Source: a virus (taxonomy: Duplodnaviria > Caudoviricetes). Taken from it: a stretch of 64,000 nucleotides of DNA. Below the pieces are notes generated by a model, which searched no databases, was not told where the DNA came from, and saw only the letters and a program-made list of their open reading frames with translations. A program made the translations under genes and the position numbers. The stretch covers positions 1 through 64,000 of the IMG/VR virus record IMGVR_UViG_3300031555_003108; one strand, 5' to 3'. Positions 34,761-43,746 of the stretch are shown one piece after another (within the stretch, counting starts at the first letter, position 1; every line of letters begins with the position of its first letter).

Positions 34761-36080
34761 TTAAAAATCAGGATTAGCTTTATCCCTTGGATCTCTGATA
34801 TTAGAAACCCAAGTAGGAAATCTCAAAGACTCAGTTCCATCTGCATTTCTGCTGGACTCAAAATATTTGACTTCTACAATCTTATTCATAAGAAGATCAG
34901 GCTGCTCCCAATAAAGCTTTCTCTCTTCATCGCTAAAGCCAGAGCCTACCTTAACGATATTGCCGCCTTTATAACGTACGTGAATTGCTCCAAGTGTTCC
35001 GGCGAGTCTTCCTGATCCTTCCTCATAGCCAACTACAAGAAGGTCAAGAGACTGAAACTTCTTTACCTTCATCAGATCCCAAGTACGAGAGAAACGATAG
35101 AGAGACTTTGTGATATTAATCATTACTCCCTCTCCGCCCTTAGACACCACATCATCAAGAAACTCCTGTACCTTACTTACATCAGCGCCTCTATAGAGAA
35201 TAGGAAGCAGCTCAATGTGAGAAATGGGCACAGCAGCATAGCCAAAGAGTCCTTCAAGAAGATTTCGTCTCTCGTCATAAGTATGAGTGCAGTTCTGAGT
35301 GCGCCATTCATCGATATGCATACCGTCAAAGACTCTATAAGTCAAGCCTCTCTTAGGGGTATCACCTTTGAGTCGGATAATCTTAGATGCTGCTTTATAT
35401 GCTTCCTTACTTTCCATCTCAAAGTAGTTGCTAATAGTAAGCTCACCATCAAGTACAAGACCTGCCGGAAAAGCATCTTTCATTTCTTCTTCTATTTCAA
35501 CCAAGCCTTCTACACGCTGACCAACTCTGGAATAAAACGAGATGTTTCCGTGTTCGTCTTTCATTGCAATCAGACGAAAGCCATCAAGTTTCGTAGTAAT
35601 AGCAAACTCCTTTCCTTCGAGTTTAGCGGGTTTCTCAAAGTATTTTTCGGCAAGCATTACGGAAAACTGCGGTATCAAGTTCGGAATCACAGCATTGATA
35701 GACTTCGCATCGACTCCAAGGTTGAGATCTTTGCAAATAAGGAGCTCAAGAAGCTGTGCACACTCAGTATCGTCCTGTGCGAGCCACTCCAGAGCGATCT
35801 GGCAGACAGCTACGTCGTAGTCTCTTCCGGTATTATGCTCTGCAAGGTAATCAAAGAGGTCGAAGACAGTGAGAGGACACTGAACCTCTCCTACGCTTAC
35901 TTCCTTGTAGAGTTTCTTAACCGAAATTCCGTATCTGGTGTAAGGATCGAAGTTAATCTTAAGGTACTTCTGAATTATCTCATCATCCTTGTACTTCTGC
36001 AGCACCGACTGCTTAAACTTCTTAGAGCCGTTGGAAGTGATCTCCTTTACGAATTCATTAAAATGCTGAAGTGTAGTCAT
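34761..36080 (-). CDS. lig: ATP-dependent DNA ligase
   Basis: KLDGFR, VLDGEL, EGVMI, LMKVK, VGSGFSD, SLRFP. Confidence 0.92.
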   Translation of the reverse strand: MTTLQHFNEFVKEITSNGSKKFKQSVLQKYKDDEIIQKYLKINFDPYTRYGISVKKLYKEVSVGEVQCPLTVFDLFDYLAEHNTGRDYDVAVCQIALEWLAQDDTECAQLLELLICKDLNLGVDAKSINAVIPNLIPQFSVMLAEKYFEKPAKLEGKEFAITTKLDGFRLIAMKDEHGNISFYSRVGQRVEGLVEIEEEMKDAFPAGLVLDGELTISNYFEMESKEAYKAASKIIRLKGDTPKRGLTYRVFDGMHIDEWRTQNCTHTYDERRNLLEGLFGYAAVPISHIELLPILYRGADVSKVQEFLDDVVSKGGEGVMINITKSLYRFSRTWDLMKVKKFQSLDLLVVGYEEGSGRLAGTLGAIHVRYKGGNIVKVGSGFSDEERKLYWEQPDLLMNKIVEVKYFESSRNADGTESLRFPTWVSNIRDPRDKANPDF

Positions 36081-36634
36081 CTTATGTGTCCTCCATTAAA
36101 GTATTCCGAGTTCCATTGCCTTCTGCTCGATCTCCGTGAGCTGCTCAGCAGTAAGGTCAAGCTTCTCGTAGTTGATTCTGTAGCTCTTTGCTACTTCATA
36201 AAGAAAGTCTGCATCAAACTCCTCTACCGGCAAATCACCATGACAGATACCGATCAAGTACTCAAGTCTGCCGACGTCCGAACAGATGTAGTCATCCCAA
36301 CAATCCTCACAGAGCCAGTCTCCGTAAGCGGTCTTAAAAGAATCTCCGCCTAAAGTCTTATCACAGTTTGCACAACGCATATTTTTATCCTCCTTAGTTA
36401 ATTCTAAAACAACTTACTGCCGGTCCATCAACGAAAACAAGCTGAATGCCGTTGTTCATAGCTACCAGACACTCTGCTTCATCAAAGCCGTCAACGAGTT
36501 CCCAACAGCCTGTATCTGGATTAAACCAATAAAGATTGCCGTCGGGGTGATTATAATAGTAATGAAGAGTTTCAGAATTAACTGCTGTAATTGATTTCAT
36601 GTTTTTATCCTCCGTATCATTAACTTACATATAT

Positions 36635-36670
36635 ATTATACCACGTTTTGGTTGATTTGTAAACTGACAA
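36635..36670 (-). promoter_or_regulatory. Class A promoter with GTCAG extension
   Basis: TTGTCAGTTTACA-N17-TATAAT. Confidence 0.8.
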
Positions 36671-36712
36671 ACCGCACGAAGTTTATTTATTTTTCCGTGC
36701 GGTTTTGTTTAA

Positions 36713-37360
36713 TCAGGCTTTCATACAATATTTTCCAAAGAGCTCTTTGAGATATGTAAACCAGTAGCTCTCTTCCATATAAGTATCAGGCTTAACAAAG
36801 TCGAAGCTATAGCTTTTTCCTACAACAGTCTGCGGGAAAGTTTCAGGATCGAATCTCTTTACATCTGCCATCAGATGCTTAGTATACTCCTGTACAGTCT
36901 TCCACTCGTAAGGAGAGAACTTCGTAGCTGCCTCGAGGCCGTAGTTCTTAAGAAGCATTTCCACCTTCGTGAGTTCTACCAGAGACTTAGCAGTAACCTT
37001 TACTGCCTTCTCCTGAATCTCATCAAGTGTAGGATACTGAATAGAGTTCTCAGCATCAGTGTACTCCTTATCATAAGCCTGACAGCTTTCATAGAGTTCC
37101 TGAAGGTCCTCGTCAGTGAGAGCAGCAGCCGGTACTCCGTTCAGCTTACCGCAGAATACATAGTGAGGAAGCTTGGAGTAAACTTCATAAGGAAGCTTTC
37201 CATCGTTAATACCGCCGTCGATATAGGCTTGGCCGTCAGCTACGAGCTTAGTAACTCTTACTCTGCCTACCTTATAAGCCTGAAATCTATTACCATCGTC
37301 AGAGAAATCCTCTTCGGGGCAACGAACAAATCCGTACTTAGCCATCATAATCTTTTTCAT
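36713..37360 (-). CDS. Hypothetical protein
   Basis: AGGAGG RBS; 215-aa ORF. Confidence 0.75.
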   Translation of the reverse strand: MKKIMMAKYGFVRCPEEDFSDDGNRFQAYKVGRVRVTKLVADGQAYIDGGINDGKLPYEVYSKLPHYVFCGKLNGVPAAALTDEDLQELYESCQAYDKEYTDAENSIQYPTLDEIQEKAVKVTAKSLVELTKVEMLLKNYGLEAATKFSPYEWKTVQEYTKHLMADVKRFDPETFPQTVVGKSYSFDFVKPDTYMEESYWFTYLKELFGKYCMKA

Positions 37361-37654
37361 CTTTAGTCTCCTCCTACTTTAATCAAAACGAATTTCGGAC
37401 ACAACCGCAACCTTTTTGATTTCAAACTCTTTCTTATTCTTATGAGTATTATTAAACCAGACACAGTGCATTTCACATATTTCAGGTGTAGGCTGAATAT
37501 CAACCTTGAGCGGGTCTTCCGTCAAAGAAAGCCGATTAGTAATTCCATAACTGATAGCCAATCCCTTACGAGACTCCTTATCAAAAGCTGCATAGCCGAT
37601 AGTTTCTTTTTTCATTTGTATTTCCTCCAAAATGTATTGCTTGATTACATATAT

Positions 37655-37690
37655 ATTATATCACAAAATCCTCATTTTGTAAACTGACAA
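37655..37690 (-). promoter_or_regulatory. Class A promoter with GTCAG extension
   Basis: TTGTCAGTTTACA-N17-TATAAT. Confidence 0.8.
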
Positions 37691-37744
37691 AACAGCCAGA
37701 GTTTCAGAAATTTTTCATCCTTGCTCTGGCTGTTTTGTATAATA

Positions 37745-38467
37745 TTATTTTCGATTGTTATAATACCCGGAAAGCTTTGCAAAAGACTCAGCAGACTTTA
37801 TCTGTCCGATTGCCTCATAACCATCATAGACTGTCCACTCGATACCGATGTATTCTCCCTTAGTAGTAATCCTCTTCCTGAAATTATCCACCGAGAGGGG
37901 CGACTTAAAGAGATTCGTCATGAGAGTTACGAAGAAATCGAACTGAGTCATATCTACTCTTATCTGGCTGCCCTCAATTCGGAAAGGCAGAAGTGATTGC
38001 CCAAGAGTCCGTCCCTTTGCCGGCTTATAGTCTTCTACTACCGCGGAGTCAACAACAATCTCGCCAACCCCAGAAGTTAGAGTAATGTCCCCGAGACCCA
38101 TTAGCTTATACTGTGTCGCTACCGGAATCTTGGGAAGATCGAGTACGTCTCCAGACCATTTAGTAATTGCTTTGATAGTAGGTCGGTACTGCTGATACCT
38201 CTGCATAGCATAAGTAAACTTCATCATCTGCGGTGGAGTCAGATCTCCCATCCCAACGATGTGATAGAGATCAACCATAACTATCTTAGTCATGATTTCT
38301 TCTTCCACCGCACAGAAACTCTTTAGGTCCGTAGCTTCTGCGATAGTTAGTCTACCAAGATCATCAGTAGTTGTCACCTCACCAAGATGTACGGAACAGT
38401 GCTCAATACGCTTTTCCAGCGCTTCCATGATTTTCTGAAATTCTATCTTTTCCATATCTTTAATCAC
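37745..38467 (-). CDS. Hypothetical protein
   Basis: 240-aa ORF in an operon; no motif recognised. Confidence 0.7.
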   Translation of the reverse strand: MIKDMEKIEFQKIMEALEKRIEHCSVHLGEVTTTDDLGRLTIAEATDLKSFCAVEEEIMTKIVMVDLYHIVGMGDLTPPQMMKFTYAMQRYQQYRPTIKAITKWSGDVLDLPKIPVATQYKLMGLGDITLTSGVGEIVVDSAVVEDYKPAKGRTLGQSLLPFRIEGSQIRVDMTQFDFFVTLMTNLFKSPLSVDNFRKRITTKGEYIGIEWTVYDGYEAIGQIKSAESFAKLSGYYNNRK

Positions 38468-39459
38468 AAAATGCGTAGCTTACCTTCTGAGTAAACACTT
38501 GAGAACGCTCAAGTTCCTTCTTTCGGGCAAAGTCCTCAACGGTATGCTTCTGGTCAAGAACCTGCCTTACCTGTCGAGCATTAAGTCGGATCATCTTCAT
38601 TGCCTTCTGATCAGAAGTAAGTCTCTCAAAGATGTAGTAGTAAGACTGATGTCCCGGATACTTATTTCGTACTCTTCTTCCGAGATAGTCTCTCTTCTCC
38701 TTAAAGGCGGGCTGCACTCTCTCCACTCCCACGTGCGTGCACTCCCAGTCTCCAGACTTCATTCCAAGATATTTAGATTTTCTCATTAGTATGTTCCTCC
38801 GTTCAATTATTAGCCTGCACCTACACAGACGTCAAGTTTAATTTTTGTTTTAAGAATTTTATAACTCATGATCTCACCAACGTCGAGTTGCTCGCCGTCG
38901 ATATAAAGTTTCCAGTATTCCCACTGATGTACATAATCAAGAGTAGAGTAACGAGTCTCGCCGGTAACTTTCCAAATTTCGAATTTCTTCGGTGAGTCAA
39001 ACTTATGTTGGGTAGACTCGTATTCAATACGCTTACCGTGTGAGTCCCAGAAGTTCGTGCAGTCTACTTTAGCAGTATAGCCTTCACAAAGAAGCTCACG
39101 CGACAGGTCTCTTGATGTAATTCCAGTAATAGTCGGCATACTTAGTCCTCCTCAAACAGTTTAAGGATAGCTTCAGGATACTTCGCCATTCTGCGATACA
39201 TCTTTGCCATCTCAAGGCAGTGTCTTGCATTCTCCTGATGCATCTCAACAGCTTCGTCGGTCTCAGCACCAAGAGCCCAGAGATTTTCGTTATCTGCTGC
39301 ACCTTCGTACTGCTCTGCAAGTTCATTCATGTCCTGAGTAATCTGAATAATAGTAAGTTCGCGGTCCATAAATACATCCTCCTAAGTTTCATTGACATTT
39401 ATATTATAACAGGAAGATATTAATTGCACACTATGAAATTATTACGAAATTGTAAATAA

Positions 39460-39753
39460 TTAAATTATGATATTTCTGACAAAGACTTTCGAAACCCACT
39501 GTCTTGAAATAAGTTCGATAACTCGGTCTACTTCTTCATTCCAAGTTTCCTTAGCTCTGCGAATTGCGGTTTCAGTAGGGCAATAGATGTCATCAATATC
39601 TTTACCTTTTACAAGCCCGCAGCACTCACACTTATACTGATAGGACTTATGTCCGGGATAACCGTGACCTCCGGGTCTACCGAGGTCATAAGAAGTTTTC
39701 TCTGGTACTTCACCGCAGATAGGACAAAGTTTAATCGATACGTAATTCTCCAT
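39460..39753 (-). CDS. Lar-like zinc-finger protein
   Basis: LCPICGE...KCECCG...AKETWNE. Confidence 0.5.
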   Translation of the reverse strand: MENYVSIKLCPICGEVPEKTSYDLGRPGGHGYPGHKSYQYKCECCGLVKGKDIDDIYCPTETAIRRAKETWNEEVDRVIELISRQWVSKVFVRNIII

Positions 39754-39764
39754 ATTAACTCTCC

Positions 39765-40463
39765 TTAAAATACGTCATTAGAAACGCCAGTACAAATCTT
39801 CTGCTCAGGAAGTTTAGTAGTAGTCTGCGTAAACTTTCCGGGGTTGTAGATTCGGTTAATTGCCCAAGTAGCATCCTTATAACTATTAGTAGTAGCAATC
39901 TCAATGATCTTAAGCCGCAGAGCTTTGTCTGTAGTATATCCGGTAACTGTCTTCTCAAACACCTGCACTACTGCTTTAGTAAACTTACAGTTCTGCGCGT
40001 CTACCATTCCGTCTACCCAACGTTCATAAGCCGCTCTCAACTCGAGGTCATCTTCCAAGATAGCTTTCTTCATGTTCGCTTTGATCCCGGCAACCTTCGC
40101 TGCCTTAGCATCAGCAGAAGTCTTACTGGTCTTCTTAAGCTTAGTAGTATCCTCATCAGTAATGATCGCAACCATTCCGTTTACTGCGATAGAAATCTTA
40201 TTAGGGTCTTCCGGGTCTTTGAGTAACACCCCGAGACTAAGAAGCTTTTCATCGCACTTCAGCTGCTTTGCAATAGTAAGAGTCGTCTCCCTCTCAACAT
40301 AATCTCGATCCAATGTAAAGAATCCTTTCTCATCGGCAGTCTGCTTCTTTACTACCTGCTTAAGGATACTCTGAAGCTCCGCCCAGTAAGCTGCAACTTC
40401 AAAGCCAGCGAGCTTTACTAACTTCTTATTCAATCTAAGTTCATCAAATAGGTCAAGGTACAA
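39765..40463 (-). CDS. Winged-helix protein, possibly replication-initiator-like
   Basis: GFEVAAYWAEL...GFFTLDRDYVERETTLT...LLSLGVL resembles the wHTH N-termini of phage replication proteins. Confidence 0.4.
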   Translation of the reverse strand: MYLDLFDELRLNKKLVKLAGFEVAAYWAELQSILKQVVKKQTADEKGFFTLDRDYVERETTLTIAKQLKCDEKLLSLGVLLKDPEDPNKISIAVNGMVAIITDEDTTKLKKTSKTSADAKAAKVAGIKANMKKAILEDDLELRAAYERWVDGMVDAQNCKFTKAVVQVFEKTVTGYTTDKALRLKIIEIATTNSYKDATWAINRIYNPGKFTQTTTKLPEQKICTGVSNDVF

Positions 40464-40540
40464 AATCGTAATCCTCCAAGTTTCGTTTTATATAATATTA
40501 TACAATAAAATAGGCCGGGGTTTTAAGCCGGCCTAAATTT

Positions 40541-41401
40541 TTATAGTGCGTAAGATACCTTAAGGTCTTTCAAGGTGTGATCAAGATAACGATAAATTTT
40601 CTGATTATTTGATTTATTGATTACTCCAAGAACAGTGTCAAGTTTCTCCTCGGAAATGTTGTAACGCTCCATAAAGGTCTTCTTATAAGTCTCAGGAAGC
40701 TTACTTACAATCTGAACCAACTTATAAGGCCAGAACTCAGAGCTGTGCTCAATATATTTGTAAGCATCACCTTCACGGTTGGTAGTCTTAATAACTTTCT
40801 TAAAGTGCTTCTGCACATCATTGAAAGCAATATTATCAATTAAGATTGCCTCAATGACCTTATTACTGTTTATGTAATTCTGTACGAGCATAATGACTGC
40901 GTCTGCTTCTGCTCCAAAGTCTACATTATCATCTTCGAGAGTATCAGCCAAAGTCTTTTCAGCATCATCTCCGTCTCCACAGATAGGTGCATCCATACTG
41001 GTACAGTGATTTACTGTCTTCTTTTTATCAAGTCTGAGGTCGTAATATTTCTGAAGCTTAATGGTATCAATACACTTATTGATACACTGCTGAGCATTCA
41101 GTTTTTTAGTGGGGTCCTTCCAACCTCTGTACTTACAAGCGTACTCGATTGCCTCGTAGAGCCACCAGAAGAAATCTTCGTACTCAAGGCAGGGAGCTAC
41201 GGTATTATTCTTATACATCTTATCGATAACGTACCAGAATCTGAGAATCAAAGCAGAAATATAAACGTCCTTCAGCGTAGAGTTATTAGTATCTACTGCT
41301 TCGCAGTAAGCGTCTGCGAGTTCGTCAATAGTGTAGCTCTCGTAAGGCTGGCTAAGCTTCTTAGCACAAATCATGAGGTCTCTTTTTGTTTCCTGTAACA
41401 T
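40541..41401 (-). CDS. Putative phage RNA polymerase sigma-like factor
   Basis: Region-2-like SALILRFW...EDFFWWLYEAIEY and region-3-like SMDAPI...TLADTLED; AGGAG before the ATG at 41401. Confidence 0.55.
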   Translation of the reverse strand: MLQETKRDLMICAKKLSQPYESYTIDELADAYCEAVDTNNSTLKDVYISALILRFWYVIDKMYKNNTVAPCLEYEDFFWWLYEAIEYACKYRGWKDPTKKLNAQQCINKCIDTIKLQKYYDLRLDKKKTVNHCTSMDAPICGDGDDAEKTLADTLEDDNVDFGAEADAVIMLVQNYINSNKVIEAILIDNIAFNDVQKHFKKVIKTTNREGDAYKYIEHSSEFWPYKLVQIVSKLPETYKKTFMERYNISEEKLDTVLGVINKSNNQKIYRYLDHTLKDLKVSYAL

Positions 41402-41470
41402 AGCAAGTATATCTCCTGTCAAATTTATCAAGTCGTAGTTTAGTCGTAGTTTAAGTTAATAATATGTAAA

Positions 41471-42196
41471 TTAAATCTGCTCGAGCTTTACTTTTGTTCC
41501 GCCGTCGTAAGCAAGACGATAGCCAACGTCTTTTCTATCAGCGAGTCTCTGGAAAGCTTCAGCAAGGCACTGCAGTTGGTAAATTTCAGAAATGTCTACT
41601 TCGCCAACTTCGCTAACTTTGAGGTCATCGAAGCCGAGGTACTCAAGGTCATCAGCATAAGTAGCATTGAAGTTTTCTACAATCTTCTGCATCTCCTCAA
41701 GCTCGTAAGAAAGCTTAGAAAGCTCATTAACAAACTCTCTAATCTCATCACAAAGTCTGTCAAAAGCCTGAACGAGTCTGACAAACTCTACAAGCTCATC
41801 TCTATTTGCTTTTACAGAGCCGTAGTAGTCTCTCATATCAGCCTTATAATCTTCGTAGGTTTCATAGTCAAGAGTCTCAGGAAATACAGAACGATAATTA
41901 TCTTTATTATAAAGAACAAGATAACCGCTGCTTCTACCATTAAAGCCAACGCTATAGCCGGGATGCTCACGCTCCCAATCTTGGATCAGCCAGTTGATAG
42001 TATCATACTCACCAGACTCAAGATGAGCGAGCGCTCTCGTCCAGTCACCATCAAGACCGAGCTTATAAAGTTTTACGTTATGTGCAATGGAACGCGTTCC
42101 GTTCCAAGAGTTCATAGTATAATATGTAAAATGCTGAGCAATGAAATTAAACATGCTCTTATCTTTAGTAATGTCAACGCCTTTCGTATAAAACAT
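41471..42196 (-). CDS. Hypothetical early protein
   Basis: GGAGG RBS; class B promoter at 42238-42291. Confidence 0.75.
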   Translation of the reverse strand: MFYTKGVDITKDKSMFNFIAQHFTYYTMNSWNGTRSIAHNVKLYKLGLDGDWTRALAHLESGEYDTINWLIQDWEREHPGYSVGFNGRSSGYLVLYNKDNYRSVFPETLDYETYEDYKADMRDYYGSVKANRDELVEFVRLVQAFDRLCDEIREFVNELSKLSYELEEMQKIVENFNATYADDLEYLGFDDLKVSEVGEVDISEIYQLQCLAEAFQRLADRKDVGYRLAYDGGTKVKLEQI

Positions 42197-42237
42197 CTTT
42201 CGTATCCTCCAAGTATGTATTCGTGATTACATTATAT

Positions 42238-42291
42238 ATTATAACGTATAATTGCTACGTAGGTATTACATAATTGTAAACAAATTGTGAA
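42238..42291 (-). promoter_or_regulatory. Class B promoter
   Basis: -10 at 42238-42243; boxes at 42275 and 42286. Confidence 0.7.
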
Positions 42292-42746
42292 TTAACCGAT
42301 ATTGATTTGCGTTTCCCAAATGGTATCGATGTTCTCGGTGCCGTCTTCCGGGTCTTCACACTCAACCACAGTTTCAACCTCAAGACTAAAGTAAGCAGTT
42401 TCAGAAATGTCTGCTTTCTGCTCAACAGCCGCACAGCATACTACAAGAAGGTCTACTGTCTTTGCGAAAGCAATAGCTTCAGCCGGGTCCTCAAACTCTC
42501 CGAGATACACTTCACAGTCCGTAGGCTCATCATTTTTATCATATCCGAGGGCACAAACAAGATAGATTACTTCCTCATTAGCCTCAAAGTCCTCAAGCTC
42601 CTCAACAGCAAAGTCCTTAATATTTTCATTCAACATAATAAATTCCTCCTGAATTATGTTCGTTTTGATTACATTTATATTATAACGTATTTTAACAAAA
42701 AATGTGCTACCAAATTGTAAATGAATTTTACATAATTTGTAAATGT

Positions 42747-43070
42747 TTAAAAAGGTTTCAGGTCATGTCTATTCAATCTCGTGAAGCCGCACATGTCGCA
42801 ATAGTAGAACTGCTTGCGTCCGTCTCGATTAAGTTCGATAACATCGCTCATTGAAAGACTGTGGCCCTTAAAGTCTGAAGGTGTGCGCATATTAAATATA
42901 TGGAAGATAACCTCACAGATTTCAATATTCGTCTTTTCATCGAAGCTCTCGAATTCCATTTCGTATTTAAGTTCGTAATCACCGAAGTTAAACTTACCGG
43001 GATTAAAACTTCTGAACGCGTATTCAGTATTTCCAACGTCCTTGATTTGATGAATCTTAAAAGTTATCAT
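42747..43070 (-). CDS. YodL-domain protein
   Basis: FN...PSDFKGHSLSMSDVIEL...YYCD-x-x-GF. Confidence 0.75.
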   Translation of the reverse strand: MITFKIHQIKDVGNTEYAFRSFNPGKFNFGDYELKYEMEFESFDEKTNIEICEVIFHIFNMRTPSDFKGHSLSMSDVIELNRDGRKQFYYCDMCGFTRLNRHDLKPF

Positions 43071-43101
43071 AACTTTGGTCCTCCGTTTCTTTACTACATA
43101 T

Positions 43102-43137
43102 ATTATAACACATTTGTCAATATTTGTAAACTGACAA
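43102..43137 (-). promoter_or_regulatory. Class A promoter with GTCAG extension
   Basis: TTGTCAGTTTACA-N17-TATAAT. Confidence 0.8.
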
Positions 43138-43251
43138 AACTAACAAAGTTTCAGAAAATAAAAAAGGATAATCATGCGTAATGCACAACTATCCTTTAAT
43201 GTTTATTATTATAAGTAAACCCTATCAGTTTGCTTATAAATTTAAACGTTA

Positions 43252-43746
43252 TCAGTTTTCTTCATATAATACAATATCACCGGTTCTTAAGGTTTCTTTC
43301 AAATCGATAACTCTTTGGTTCTTAGAGCCGCGATACTTTAATCTAAGGTCCTTTAGCTCTTCAACAAACTTTCCATCAACTACTACATCGATCTTTGAAC
43401 CTATAAGGTCCTCGAAGATTTCTTCTAGTTGATAGCCAGTCCAAAGCCAGACAGTTTTATCCGGATACACTTCCTTAAATCTTCTGGCAAGTCGACATAC
43501 CTCAACAAGGTTCTTAGGGTGCAAGGGTTCGCCACCAAGAATACTCAGTCCGCTAATATGGTCCGGCTTAGCGAGTTTGAGGATACTGTTTAAAGTATCC
43601 TCAGTAAACTCCTTGCCATGATCAAAGTTCCAAGTTTCCGGGTTGAAGCAGTTCTTACATCTATGCTCACATCCACTAACGAAGATGCTGATCCGGCAGC
43701 CAGGTCCGTTAGCAATATCTAAACTTCTAATTTGACTATATCTCAT
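43252..43746 (-). CDS. nrdG: Anaerobic ribonucleotide reductase activase (radical SAM)
   Basis: NGPGCR, CEHRCKNC, LGGEPL, RGSKNQR. Confidence 0.93.
   Translation of the reverse strand: MRYSQIRSLDIANGPGCRISIFVSGCEHRCKNCFNPETWNFDHGKEFTEDTLNSILKLAKPDHISGLSILGGEPLHPKNLVEVCRLARRFKEVYPDKTVWLWTGYQLEEIFEDLIGSKIDVVVDGKFVEELKDLRLKYRGSKNQRVIDLKETLRTGDIVLYEEN

Noticed and set aside
35217-36353. 378-aa plus-strand ORF, and similar ones such as 7487..8206 and 41576..42226
   Set aside because: They are antisense shadows of real minus-strand genes, with no RBS or promoter and unnatural L/S/I-rich composition.
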